Positions 9,782 to 19,918 of a stretch of DNA of 64,000 bases are shown here, in pieces. Made by a program: the position numbers and the translations under genes. Position 1 is the first letter of the stretch. Each line of letters starts with the position of its first letter. Under the pieces are notes generated by a model, which saw only the letters and a program-made list of their open reading frames with translations, had not been told where the DNA came from and made no database searches. This DNA comes from a virus (taxonomy: Duplodnaviria > Caudoviricetes), in IMG/VR virus record IMGVR_UViG_3300025121_000013, one strand, 5' to 3'.

Positions 9782-10432
9782 TTAACCTTCCCTTTTCCTA
9801 TCTTTGATATATTTAATAGCATTTAAAATCAAATAAATAATTAGCATTAAACAAATATTTAAAATGACAAATTCTGAGATTCCAGCTTGTGTAAAAACAT
9901 CATAAAACCATTCTAAAGATGCATAAACAAATTTTATGGTATATTCAATTAATCCAGTTTTTTGAAGATCTTCTAACCATCCAATTTCAAAACTTTTTGA
10001 ATATGTATTGTTAAAATTTTTAGAGAACCCTTTTATTGTGTCATTTCTGGTTAAAGGGCTTAAAGATAAAATTGCCGCCACGGGTTCTAAGATAGATTTA
10101 TGAATATTATCTCCGTAAGAATCTTCTAAAATTGATAAATTCTTTTTATAATCAGTTTGAAAAGAAGGTTTATATTTTTCTGCCTTTTGTATTAAATTAT
10201 CGTAACTTAAAACCTTTGGTATAAACCTGAATAAATTTAAAACCTTATCGAGCTTCCCTTCTCTTGAAAAATTTAACACTGAATTTTTTAAAGAGCTAAT
10301 ATATTCAATAGGTATTTTTTTTTGTAAAAAATCAGAAATATCTTCTTGTAAAACATTTTCAGTACAAATATTTTCAAGATAAAAATCTAGAATAAGTTTA
10401 GTTTCTTTCATATTATCTACTCCCTTTATCAA
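9782..10432 (-). CDS. Putative head-associated membrane protein (paralogue-like to 10413-11072)
   Basis: N-terminal YLE...LQE pattern and C-terminal hydrophobic helix. Confidence 0.45.
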   Translation of the reverse strand: MIKGVDNMKETKLILDFYLENICTENVLQEDISDFLQKKIPIEYISSLKNSVLNFSREGKLDKVLNLFRFIPKVLSYDNLIQKAEKYKPSFQTDYKKNLSILEDSYGDNIHKSILEPVAAILSLSPLTRNDTIKGFSKNFNNTYSKSFEIGWLEDLQKTGLIEYTIKFVYASLEWFYDVFTQAGISEFVILNICLMLIIYLILNAIKYIKDRKREG

Positions 10433-11072
10433 TCATATCAAGGAGTTTATTTACAAGATAACCAATTAAAATTAATACCAAACCAAAAATCGTTACCTTC
10501 CAATAAACCAAAGCGGCAATCGCAATATAAAAAATTGCCTTTCCGTAAAGTATTACGATAGAAAGTAATAAAGCCCACCCTATTGCAAACTCTAAAAATA
10601 CACCTTTTGGCATATCAACTTTTTCTTCACTCTTCTCTTTAAATAAACCTAAAAATGTATTAGAAAATTTATTTACGTTATCATGTAAAGATTTCTTAGG
10701 ATTTTCTTTATCTTGATAAATTGAATATAATGAAACCGCTATTGATCCAATATTTAAATAATCATCTTTTAACTTTGGAACTTTTGATGATAATAATGCT
10801 TTTGAGTCCTGATAAACTTCTTTATATTTTGGATCAATCTTTTCACCTAGTTCTTCGATCTTATCAATCGAAGTCATTTTTATTCCTATAGATTTCAAAT
10901 GTGCATATGCGTTTTCTAAATTCCCTTTAGAAATACTTCCTTGTAAATTTTTAAAAATATCCTTAATTTTTTCTGGAGTTAATTTTCCAATAAAATCAGA
11001 TAACCCTTCATTTAGTAGAGATTCTTGTAAATAAATATTCTCTAAATATTCTTGAATTATAGTTTTAGCCAT
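10413..11072 (-). CDS. Putative head-associated membrane protein
   Basis: IIQEYLENIYLQESLLNEG leader; two C-terminal hydrophobic helices. Confidence 0.45.
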   Translation of the reverse strand: MAKTIIQEYLENIYLQESLLNEGLSDFIGKLTPEKIKDIFKNLQGSISKGNLENAYAHLKSIGIKMTSIDKIEELGEKIDPKYKEVYQDSKALLSSKVPKLKDDYLNIGSIAVSLYSIYQDKENPKKSLHDNVNKFSNTFLGLFKEKSEEKVDMPKGVFLEFAIGWALLLSIVILYGKAIFYIAIAALVYWKVTIFGLVLILIGYLVNKLLDMIDKGSR

Positions 11073-11074
11073 TA

Positions 11075-12364
11075 TTAAATTCTCCCAGCTTTATAATCTA
11101 TTAATTTATTTTGTGCAACTGATTCTCCTAATAATTTTGTTTCTTTAATTTGAGTTTTAAAAATAGAACTTGCACTGGCTTTAACTTCTTCCATATTTTC
11201 AAAAACTCTAGAATGAGTTCCAACCCCAACGCTTGAGTACAAAAAACTATAATTTGTAATTGAACACATCCCTTTAAATTCTTTCATACAAAACATTACC
11301 CGTCGATTAACATCATCTAAGAAAATCAATGAAGACCACCCCATCTTATATAATCTATTTATTCTTCCTGCAGATTTAAAAAAGTCATCATTTAAAGATG
11401 AAAAATTTATAGATGCATATAAATCTCTAAAGGATGTTCTAGCCATAATTATATCATGACGAACATCGCCTTTAACAGTACTGCCCTTTGATCTCCAAAT
11501 TCCCCGATCCCAAAACTTATACAAAAGTTTTAATACCTGTCTTCCTTTATTTAAAATATAACTTTCAATTTTACTAATTTGTCTATCATATAAAAGAAGT
11601 TGTGCTAAATCGGCTTCTGATTTAACCATATAAGGGATAACTTTTATTCCTAATAAACCAGTCGTCTCTCCACCATCTCTGGTTTTTATCGTCATTTTAA
11701 CCCATGTGGGCTCAAGAGTCAACCCAGTTGAGATAGGGCTAACATCAACAGTCCCTCCTTTGCCCTTTGCTTCCCACTCAGCTTCTTTTCTTTCAGATTC
11801 TTTTTTCTTTAATTCTAATTCTTCTCTTTGTTGAATGATTTTTAAAATTTCACTTTTTTCTTTTCTTCCTTGTTCCTCAGCTCTTTGAAGATCTTTTTCA
11901 ATTTGAGCTTTTTCTTTTTCAAAATCTTTAGAAGCTCTTTCACCTTTTTGCCATTTCATTTCATCTTGTCTTTGTTTTAAATCTTCAATTCTATGTTTTA
12001 ATTCTTTTTGTCTTAATTCATGTTCTTTTTCTCTTTGTTCAAACTCTCTTTGTTTTCGAAAAAATTCTTCAGCATTTTCTTCATCTCGTTGAGCTTGTGA
12101 TTTTTTTCCTGCCTCTCCACCTGGAATTTTAAAATCTCCACCTGGGACAGTTCCCTCAACTTCAGATATTAAATGTCCGTCTATAGAGATCATTTCAGAA
12201 TCATTAATTCCCATCCATTGCTTAGCCCATTGTGGGCTAACTCTCCTCATAATTTCATCTTGCTTATAAACTAACGTATAAACTTCCAAGGCTTTAACAA
12301 TGCCAGGAATAATATTAGAAGATATTGATTGTGGAAATAACATCGGATATATTACGATAGGCAT
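11075..12364 (-). CDS. Hypothetical protein with a long E/K/Q coiled coil, likely virion/scaffold
   Basis: 429-aa ORF with SD (GGAG) and a central charged coiled-coil stretch. Confidence 0.55.
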   Translation of the reverse strand: MPIVIYPMLFPQSISSNIIPGIVKALEVYTLVYKQDEIMRRVSPQWAKQWMGINDSEMISIDGHLISEVEGTVPGGDFKIPGGEAGKKSQAQRDEENAEEFFRKQREFEQREKEHELRQKELKHRIEDLKQRQDEMKWQKGERASKDFEKEKAQIEKDLQRAEEQGRKEKSEILKIIQQREELELKKKESERKEAEWEAKGKGGTVDVSPISTGLTLEPTWVKMTIKTRDGGETTGLLGIKVIPYMVKSEADLAQLLLYDRQISKIESYILNKGRQVLKLLYKFWDRGIWRSKGSTVKGDVRHDIIMARTSFRDLYASINFSSLNDDFFKSAGRINRLYKMGWSSLIFLDDVNRRVMFCMKEFKGMCSITNYSFLYSSVGVGTHSRVFENMEEVKASASSIFKTQIKETKLLGESVAQNKLIDYKAGRI

Positions 12365-12375
12365 ATCGAAATCTC

Positions 12376-13290
12376 CTAAAACAAAAAGATAGAATCTTTC
12401 TTATTTCTTTTTTCCTTTGGCGGAGATTGAATATCATCGCCTCCATCTTTTATACAAAAATCTTTATATTCACAATATGTACATTGTTCTTTTGTCTTTC
12501 CTATTTTTTCAGGAACAGTTTTCTCATCTAAATGCTTTTTTAGAATGGGTCCATATTTTAAATATTTTAAAGAAATCTCCTCATTACAAGGAAGATCAAA
12601 AATAACTGGCTTTTTTAATGTTCTTAAAATATATATCAAAGTCACATTTGTGATATTATATCCATATTCCTTATTTAAAATCTCAGAATATATTAATCCT
12701 TGTATTAAATCATTTTCTCTATATTTATTTTCAAATTTATCAGGATCTATAGTTTTTATTTCTATAACATTATTTTTAATAATTCCATCAACTTTTCCCT
12801 TGACTTTATATTTTTCGCTTATTATTGTTTTTTCCACTTCATCAAAAGGGTAAATCTCTTGAATCATCTTATGAATAAAAGATCCAGTTTCTCTCATTAA
12901 ATAACTATAAGGATAAATAAAAACTTTTTGTTCATTGATTTGATAATTCATTCTGGCATAATAAATTTTTCTCAAACATGAAAATAATTCAGTTACAGAA
13001 ATATACGGTCGTTCATATTCTTGAGGTTTATTTTTTTCTTGTAATAATTTTTTTCTTATTATTTTTTCAAATAGTTCTACATCAAAACAACTTGTTTCTT
13101 TATATGTTGTTTTAATATTTTGTTGAAGATCTTTAAAATCTTCTTTTGATTCATTTTTCTTTATTTCTGTTTGTTGGAAATAAGGGGAAGTCCCACTTTT
13201 TAAATCTTCTTGGGACTTCCCCTTATTCGTTTCTAAATAAGTTAAAAGATCTTTTAGATCACTTGTTTTTAGACTCATTAGATTCCGCAA
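12376..13290 (-). CDS. Cas4-like PD-(D/E)XK exonuclease
   Basis: SVTEL.SC.RK, G..IH, GKVDG, EIKT, Q..IY and C-terminal C..C...C (Fe-S) motifs. Confidence 0.8.
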   Translation of the reverse strand: MRNLMSLKTSDLKDLLTYLETNKGKSQEDLKSGTSPYFQQTEIKKNESKEDFKDLQQNIKTTYKETSCFDVELFEKIIRKKLLQEKNKPQEYERPYISVTELFSCLRKIYYARMNYQINEQKVFIYPYSYLMRETGSFIHKMIQEIYPFDEVEKTIISEKYKVKGKVDGIIKNNVIEIKTIDPDKFENKYRENDLIQGLIYSEILNKEYGYNITNVTLIYILRTLKKPVIFDLPCNEEISLKYLKYGPILKKHLDEKTVPEKIGKTKEQCTYCEYKDFCIKDGGDDIQSPPKEKRNKKDSIFLF

Positions 13291-13825
13291 TCAAAATAGC
13301 TGAGTCCACGAGAGATTCTCTAAGAACTTTATAAGCTTCTTCAATAATTCTTCCATCCATTTCATTTAAAGATTTGGGAGACTTTGATTCATTTAACATT
13401 CTTGAAATTAAAAGATTATCGATAGCCAAAGAGAATCCCTTTTTCCTAATAGTTTTTTCAACCGCCTCATTAATTTTAACTTTCTTTGATTCCTGAATCA
13501 AGGATTTCACAGCCTTTTTAATATCCTTTTCAGACTTTTCTGTAACTAAAATTGCCTTACTATTTTGCCTAGCAATTTTTGCACTTTCTGCGGCTAAAAT
13601 GTGTAGTCTCTTCTCCGTTAATTTCTGACCAATTGGTTTTGGAGAATGTTTTGTCACTTTATACATTTCAGACAAAACACTTAAAAGAGACCCTTTAATA
13701 GTCAAATATTCTTCCATCAATGCTTCACAACAAGTTTTCATTTCCCTAACAGGCTTTCCAAAAAATATATAATCTATACTATAAAAATTTTCAAGAATTC
13801 TTTCTTTTGAAGTAGGGCTTAACAT
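13259..13825 (-). CDS. Hypothetical protein with repeated (I/L)xE motifs, probably head-associated
   Basis: LAAE, LIQE, KINE, LNE, LRE and IAE clusters. Confidence 0.5.
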   Translation of the reverse strand: MLSPTSKERILENFYSIDYIFFGKPVREMKTCCEALMEEYLTIKGSLLSVLSEMYKVTKHSPKPIGQKLTEKRLHILAAESAKIARQNSKAILVTEKSEKDIKKAVKSLIQESKKVKINEAVEKTIRKKGFSLAIDNLLISRMLNESKSPKSLNEMDGRIIEEAYKVLRESLVDSAILIAESNESKNK

Positions 13826-14142
13826 TACTCTTTTCCTCCATGTCTTTTACTGGGTCTTTCATTGGTTTCATCTTCTAAAACTACCAATGATACTTTTCTT
13901 GAATCATTTATAAATTTTGTATTTTTTATCGCAGTCACGATAATATTTAAAGCCGTTATTGTTCTGCCTTTCTTTCCAATGACTTTACCACAATCACTTT
14001 TATCAACAGAGATTTGAACAATAATTGTTTTGGTTGAAATTGAAACATTGACAAAAACTTCAGATGGTTTATCGACAAGATTTTTAATAGATTCTTTTAC
14101 GTAATCTTTTAAAATATCAGCCATTGAAGAACTCATATTCAA
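13825..14142 (-). CDS. khpA: KH-domain RNA-binding protein (KhpA/UPF0109 family)
   Basis: LVDKPSEV.V, VDKSDCGKVIGKKGRTITAL (GxxG KH motif). Confidence 0.85.
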   Translation of the reverse strand: MNMSSSMADILKDYVKESIKNLVDKPSEVFVNVSISTKTIIVQISVDKSDCGKVIGKKGRTITALNIIVTAIKNTKFINDSRKVSLVVLEDETNERPSKRHGGKE

Positions 14143-14216
14143 TTTCCTCCGCCTGTTTCACAATAAAAAGATTTAAATTTTTATTTTGTTCTCAACAAAA
14201 AAGATTATCAGAACTT

Positions 14217-15494
14217 TTATGCATCGCCATATTTATCAATAAAATCTATCTTTATGGCTTCTTTAGCACATTTATCAAATGTCTCTTTAAAAGCTAAATC
14301 TGTTTCATATTGTTCTTCTGCGTCTTTTCGTCTAAATCTAATTTCAGGATAATCTGTTAACTTCCACCAACCAGCAGCTCCAGTCAGTCTTTTTGTTGTA
14401 TGAAGATAATTAAAATTTGTCCAGAAATTCGAAAAACCTCTGACGAAATTTCCACAAATAGGAACTGGAATATTTGGGGTAAATAACTTATTCTTAACAC
14501 ACTTTATCTCAGCTAAAAATCCTCTGAAGCCATAATCTTCTTCTTTTACCTCACCACGAACCTTGATTTCTAAAAGTTGAAAACTATTAAACTTTAGAGA
14601 ATTTCCACTTGGCATATCTTTTGTCGATGAGAGAAACTTCAAATCCCTCGGAGGAGCAAATTGTCCCATTGCCATCACATCTCTCAACTGATTTACAGAT
14701 AATAAACAAATATTATGTTTTCTAAGTTTCGTAATATATTTTGGCAAAAGAAAACTTAACAATCTTGCTTTATACCCTATGACTTGATTCACATCAATAG
14801 TTGGATCCTTTTCTTTATCCGTTGAGGTATTTGCAATCGAGTCCCAAATAACCATTGATGGAGTTTCGATAATTTTTTTAGTTTCTTTAAATACACAAAG
14901 ACCCTCAATAAATTTAAAAACCTTTTCAATTGTTATTTCATTATATGGGGTAATTGGAGGAGAATTAATTCCAAGATTAATTAAACGATTTCTTGTCATA
15001 GACTCTTCAGAATCTAAATATGCACTCAACATATTTGGATTAAGTTTTTGGGCATTGGCTAAACATTGAGCCGCTAACATTGACTTTCCACAGCCAGGCT
15101 GTCCAACTAAAACATTGATCGCTCCAATCGCAAACCCTCCACCAAGAATGGCATCTAAAATATCAATTCCAGTTGGAATGGTTCCTCGATCTTCAAAATC
15201 TTGAGTTATTTCTTTTGTCTTCTTGAGGAAAGATGAAAATTCTTCAAATAAATTTTGCTGCTCTGATGTTTCAACATTTTCTGTTTTCGATCTTTTCTTT
15301 GGCTTTTCCTCAATAAAAGTGTCTTCTATGGGCACAGCATTCTTTTTAATATCAGACATGATATCAATAAACTCAGATACCTCTTGGAATGAAGAAGGCG
15401 CCGGCTCATCTGGAAGAATATTAAACGTCTCACCTTTTTCTTCATTGTCCTTAGGAATAATTTCTTTCTCTTCACCATTCTCTAATTCAGACAT
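14217..15494 (-). CDS. recA: RecA/UvsX-like recombinase with an acidic N-terminal extension
   Basis: PTG..ILD.ILGGG, Walker A GQPGCGKS, YLDSEES, WDSIA, NQLRD, KNK. Confidence 0.9.
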   Translation of the reverse strand: MSELENGEEKEIIPKDNEEKGETFNILPDEPAPSSFQEVSEFIDIMSDIKKNAVPIEDTFIEEKPKKRSKTENVETSEQQNLFEEFSSFLKKTKEITQDFEDRGTIPTGIDILDAILGGGFAIGAINVLVGQPGCGKSMLAAQCLANAQKLNPNMLSAYLDSEESMTRNRLINLGINSPPITPYNEITIEKVFKFIEGLCVFKETKKIIETPSMVIWDSIANTSTDKEKDPTIDVNQVIGYKARLLSFLLPKYITKLRKHNICLLSVNQLRDVMAMGQFAPPRDLKFLSSTKDMPSGNSLKFNSFQLLEIKVRGEVKEEDYGFRGFLAEIKCVKNKLFTPNIPVPICGNFVRGFSNFWTNFNYLHTTKRLTGAAGWWKLTDYPEIRFRRKDAEEQYETDLAFKETFDKCAKEAIKIDFIDKYGDA

Positions 15495-15530
15495 TACTTT
15501 CTCCTTTATAAAAGTGAACTTTTATATTTG

Positions 15531-15962
15531 TTACCCAACTTCTTGTTTTTTTCCTTCATCAAAACTCTCAATCTTTTTAAGATTTTTATTGTTCTTAAAT
15601 CTTTCTTTAGCTATATTTAATAATTCAACCTTTTTAGCTAAATCATCATAATTTATATTATCAGGATTATCATTATTATTATTATTATTATTAAGATCAA
15701 TTTTTCTTCTAAATTCTAATTCATCTTTTAATGATTTGATAATCTCTTTTCTAATATCTAAAATAGTTTTAAATAATTCAGTCGCTGATTTAACTTTTTC
15801 TTCAAAAAATCTCATATATTTATGATCTAAATTATCACCAAATAATCTATCAATTTTTTGTTTTAAAACTTCTAATTCCTGAATCATCTTTACTAATTCA
15901 TCTCTTTGAATAGAAAACTCAGAAATTAGTTTTTCATTAATATTATTATTTACTTCAGACAT
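15531..15962 (-). CDS. Hypothetical coiled-coil protein with a poly-Asn tract
   Basis: 143-aa ORF; an (ATT)n microsatellite near 15672-15692 encodes NNNNNN. Confidence 0.55.
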   Translation of the reverse strand: MSEVNNNINEKLISEFSIQRDELVKMIQELEVLKQKIDRLFGDNLDHKYMRFFEEKVKSATELFKTILDIRKEIIKSLKDELEFRRKIDLNNNNNNNDNPDNINYDDLAKKVELLNIAKERFKNNKNLKKIESFDEGKKQEVG

Positions 15963-16159
15963 GGGGTCTCCATCAAAACTTCCATTTTACCCGTTTGATC
16001 TAAGGAATTTCGCCCTTTCATTTTTCTGTCTTTTATTGAGCCATCTTCCTGAAGAAATTCACAAGTAAACTTTACATTTCTATTTGGATTAGTTCCATTG
16101 CATCTTTCTGAATATTGACAAACTAATTTACAAACTTCATTGGGCATTAAAACCAACAT
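15950..16159 (-). CDS. Small Cys-containing hypothetical protein
   Basis: C..VC..S..C...C pattern; SD upstream. Confidence 0.5.
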   Translation of the reverse strand: MLVLMPNEVCKLVCQYSERCNGTNPNRNVKFTCEFLQEDGSIKDRKMKGRNSLDQTGKMEVLMETPCLK

Positions 16160-16171
16160 TTTATTTATCTC

Positions 16172-18535
16172 CTATATCTCACATTTTCCTGAAATGCAAG
16201 AAACATCTTTTTCTGTAAGATTTGAATTTGTCTGTTCTTTCTTGATATATTCTCTTGCATCTTTTTCAGAAACAATATTTAATATTTGACCCTCTCTTGA
16301 CCCATCGACATAAACCGTAACCCCTTTAAGATCTTTAATATATTCTAAAAGAAGATTATCTAATTGTTCAGTTGTTGAGCCTTTCGGCATATTAATTGTT
16401 TTAGAAACAGCTCCATCAACATATCTTTGAACCGCGCATTGAACTTCAAAATGATCCTCAGGTTTTAATTCTGAGGTATCAACAAACCATTCTGGAATTT
16501 CTTCATTATTTTCCAATAACTTTTTATAAAGAGGATGAACATAAATTCTTTCTCCAACACGATCTTCACGCCTATATGCCTTTGCAAAAAGAGGCTCTAT
16601 CCCTCCAGTATAAGATGTCAAAAGAGAAATTGTTCCCGTTGGAGCTATGGACATTCCAGTCACACAACGCGTTCCATATTTCTTAATATCAAGTCTAAGT
16701 TTTGGTGGAAGCTTTTTGATAAAAGATGCCCGAAGATATGGGATTGCATCAAACTTTGGAAAAGCTCCTTTTTCAGAGGCTAACTCAACAAGAGATTGAT
16801 AAACACAATCCCTAAAAAATTTCATTAATCTTTCAACTTCTTCATTGGCTCTTTTGCTGCCATATCTAAGTTGTTTAGCAAAAAGATATTCTGCTAACCC
16901 CAAAACCCCAAGACCAATTCTCCTTGAATTATGGGCTTTTATATCAACCTCTTTTAATGGATATTTATTTACATCAATGACATTATCTAAAAACCGAACT
17001 GCAAGTTTTATAGTGGCTTCGAGTTTTCTCCAATTTGTATTTACAGATCCTGTGATAAAATTGGGTAAAACAATTGATCCAAGATCACAAATTCCATGCG
17101 GCTCTAAAATAGCTTCACCACAATTTCGGCTATTAATAAAAAATAAATTTTTCTCTTTATCGTTTATATCTTCTTTACCAACAAAAACATAATAATTATG
17201 ATTATCATCAACAGTTCCATTAAAAACATCTTCTTTTTCTAACGTCTCTATACTAACAACTTTTATTCCTTCTTTAGACTCCACTGAATTTTCATTCTCT
17301 TTTTTACTATTGACATAACATGGAAAACTACAAAAGCATTTTTCTCTTGAGAGTTGATCAGTTAAAAAAGTCGTTCCACAATATTCACACTTTTTCTCTA
17401 AATTAGATTTTTCAATCTCTACAAATTTATTTGGAAAATTTATTGAAAAAATATTTTCTTTTAGGCTATGTAAAGAATCTCCAACTTTTAATTCATTGAT
17501 CTTAATTCTTTTTCCGTTTTGAAGTGTGACTTTATGAATTTCATTTGCTTTAAAAAATAATCCATTTTCTAAATTGACTTTTAGAATGACCTTATTTTTT
17601 CCAGACTTTCTTGGCCTTCTCATAATTTTAATTTCAACTTTTCCTGTTTTATCATTATAAGAAAAAACAGGAACATCAGCATCTTCTTCAGCCAATTGTT
17701 TAAAAGGAACTAGCCCTCTTCCATCCGCAACAAAAACTAATGTGTCCCCAGTATGGCAAGGATTACAACTTGAAACCGGGTCATAATAATATGAATTATT
17801 CTTTAAAAGATTATCCAAATTTAAAAGACCAGGTTCAGCACATTTAATCATATTATCTAAAATTTTATACCAAATTTCTTTTGCCTTCATTTTATGATAA
17901 TTTCTTTGATTAAAACGAAATTCCCATTCAGAATTTGTTTCAACTGCCTCCAGAAATTCACCGTTAATTCTTATTGAAATATTATAATGGGAAATTTCTT
18001 TATCAACGAGTTTTGCATTAATAACATCCATACATTCTGGATGATATATATCCACCCCAGCCAATCCAGCCGCTCGTCTAGCCCCTCCACTTTCGATTGT
18101 TGAGGCAACTGTATCTCCAGCTTTTAAAAAAGATAAAAGTCCAGAAGATTTTCCACCTTTTTGTTTTATCAAATCTCCTTTTGGTCTAAGAGGAGAAAAG
18201 TCGCATCCAACTCCACCCCCTTCAGACCAAAGAATAAGTGCTTCTTTATAATATTGTCCTATCTCTTCAATTGAGTCTCCGATGGGTAAAACAAAACAAT
18301 TAATCAATGAACCCTTGGCATGTCCAGCATTTCTTAAAATTCTTCCAGCACAAAGAAAATCTTGATTATAAAGTATTTCATGAAATGCCCGGGTATAATT
18401 ATCTTTTTCTTTTTCTACAGAGGCAATATTTTTAGCTACTCTATGTGTGGCACTTTCCCAATCTTCTCCAGGTTCAAAATATCTAGAAATTGCGATCTTC
18501 TCTGAATTTTCAGACAGAATATTCTTTTTGCTCAT
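16172..18535 (-). CDS. nrdJ: Class II (B12-dependent) ribonucleotide reductase containing an intein
   Basis: NCFV, GGGVG.DFS.LRP, EPG, NPCGE split by an intein, CDLGSI, R.IGLG..G, IAPTGTIS, KGVTVY.DGSR, C-terminal CxxGxC; no ATP cone. Confidence 0.9.
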   Translation of the reverse strand: MSKKNILSENSEKIAISRYFEPGEDWESATHRVAKNIASVEKEKDNYTRAFHEILYNQDFLCAGRILRNAGHAKGSLINCFVLPIGDSIEEIGQYYKEALILWSEGGGVGCDFSPLRPKGDLIKQKGGKSSGLLSFLKAGDTVASTIESGGARRAAGLAGVDIYHPECMDVINAKLVDKEISHYNISIRINGEFLEAVETNSEWEFRFNQRNYHKMKAKEIWYKILDNMIKCAEPGLLNLDNLLKNNSYYYDPVSSCNPCHTGDTLVFVADGRGLVPFKQLAEEDADVPVFSYNDKTGKVEIKIMRRPRKSGKNKVILKVNLENGLFFKANEIHKVTLQNGKRIKINELKVGDSLHSLKENIFSINFPNKFVEIEKSNLEKKCEYCGTTFLTDQLSREKCFCSFPCYVNSKKENENSVESKEGIKVVSIETLEKEDVFNGTVDDNHNYYVFVGKEDINDKEKNLFFINSRNCGEAILEPHGICDLGSIVLPNFITGSVNTNWRKLEATIKLAVRFLDNVIDVNKYPLKEVDIKAHNSRRIGLGVLGLAEYLFAKQLRYGSKRANEEVERLMKFFRDCVYQSLVELASEKGAFPKFDAIPYLRASFIKKLPPKLRLDIKKYGTRCVTGMSIAPTGTISLLTSYTGGIEPLFAKAYRREDRVGERIYVHPLYKKLLENNEEIPEWFVDTSELKPEDHFEVQCAVQRYVDGAVSKTINMPKGSTTEQLDNLLLEYIKDLKGVTVYVDGSREGQILNIVSEKDAREYIKKEQTNSNLTEKDVSCISGKCEI
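17123..17758 (-). mobile_element. Intein (212 aa) inserted in the RNR NP^CGE motif
   Basis: Starts CHTGDTLV and ends FINSRN before the extein Cys; C-terminal block VFNGTVDDNHNY; internal Cys cluster instead of LAGLIDADG motifs. Confidence 0.9.
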
Positions 18536-18622
18536 TATTTAATAACTCCTTTTTAATCTATCGAAAGTAGCGTATTCAACTTTTCCTATAATTTTTTGTT
18601 CATTTTCAATTTCTTTTTTTCC

Positions 18623-19096
18623 CTATTTTTCCATCTTCTTCAATTTTGAATAATAAGATTTTTCTAGCCCCGGTTCACTCAAATGATCCTTAGCAATATT
18701 CTTTGCTATAATTGGGCAATTCGTATGTTCTAACTCAACATTGATTCCCATTTTTAATTGTTCTTGATCAAATTCTTCATCAGGAACATGATTATGTTTT
18801 CCAATATTCATTAAAAGTTCATGATATAAATTATAAACAATTTCATCGAATCTTTTATAATCGATTTTAAGATCATTTAAAGCATATTCTCTTGCGGCTT
18901 CATGCGTTAGATTAGCTTTAGATAAAAATAGATCTTTAATATAACTTCTAATTTTTTCTTCTTGCCCATATTCTAAAACATTTTCATATAACATTTTAAA
19001 TAAATCTTTAGAATATTTTCTATTATTCATTATTATTCTCCTGGGTTGAAGCCTTAAAAAACAACCATGTTTTTGAATTTTTATCACCTTTTCCAA
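18623..19096 (-). CDS. DUF5661-like domain protein
   Basis: QLKMGINVELEHT...AKNIAKDHLSE...YYSKLKKME. Confidence 0.7.
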   Translation of the reverse strand: MEKVIKIQKHGCFLRLQPRRIIMNNRKYSKDLFKMLYENVLEYGQEEKIRSYIKDLFLSKANLTHEAAREYALNDLKIDYKRFDEIVYNLYHELLMNIGKHNHVPDEEFDQEQLKMGINVELEHTNCPIIAKNIAKDHLSEPGLEKSYYSKLKKMEK

Positions 19097-19445
19097 ACGT
19101 ACTTGTGTTTATTATATGATATAACCCTTTTATTTTGGAACCATGAAATATAATTTTAATATGTTTATTTGAACATGAAATTATTTCACATGCCCCCTTA
19201 TCATATTTTTCAATGGTTCCTGCTCCATAGCCGGATTCAATTTTTCCTATAAATAACGCTTCTTCTCTCGTATGTTCTGTGGTCTCAATTATAACAATCT
19301 TTTTCCCTGGAACTAATGGAATTTGATCTCTTACAGAAAAAGATATCCACATATTTCCAGATGGTTTTTTAAATCTTAAATCATTATGTAATCCTCTTTT
19401 TATAGCATCATGTTTTACAATTATAAATTCAGATGGTTGACTCAT
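19023..19445 (-). CDS. LigD 3'-phosphoesterase (PE) domain, standalone
   Basis: KHDA..GLHNDLRF, ETTEH, FIGKIESGYGAGTIEKYDKG match the LigD PE consensus. Confidence 0.8.
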   Translation of the reverse strand: MSQPSEFIIVKHDAIKRGLHNDLRFKKPSGNMWISFSVRDQIPLVPGKKIVIIETTEHTREEALFIGKIESGYGAGTIEKYDKGACEIISCSNKHIKIIFHGSKIKGLYHIINTSTFGKGDKNSKTWLFFKASTQENNNE

Positions 19446-19918
19446 TTTTTAGATTCCTCTAAAACAAATCTTGCTAAACAATAAGCATCACATAAATTAT
19501 TATTATCAAATTCCACACCAAATTTTTTATATGTTTTTAAAAGCATTAAATCTTTAGGAGAATTTCCTTTTCCAGTTATAAACTTCTTTAATGTGGTTGG
19601 GGGTATTTCCATATAAGAGAGATTATTTTCTAAACAGCTTATTCTAATAAAATAATTCAATGCCGACATTTCAGCAATTGATCTTCCTTTGCTTCCATAA
19701 GAAATTCCTTCAATTCCAATTTTATTTATCATTTTCAGATCTTCAGGAAGAAATGAGAAAATATTATTTTTTAATTTTATTATTCTTTTTTCATTGGAGC
19801 CATCAGAGGGAGAAGAAGATATTAATTCCTGATTTATAATATTTAAATTATTATCAATGATAATCATCCCTGTTCCGGTCATTGATAAATCTAAGCCTAT
19901 AAAATATTCTTTATCCAA
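19442..19918 (-). CDS. ruvC: RuvC-like Holliday junction resolvase
   Basis: IGLDLSMTGTG, IEG, PTTLKKFITGKGN..K, DAY.LA. Confidence 0.8.
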   Translation of the reverse strand: MDKEYFIGLDLSMTGTGMIIIDNNLNIINQELISSSPSDGSNEKRIIKLKNNIFSFLPEDLKMINKIGIEGISYGSKGRSIAEMSALNYFIRISCLENNLSYMEIPPTTLKKFITGKGNSPKDLMLLKTYKKFGVEFDNNNLCDAYCLARFVLEESKK

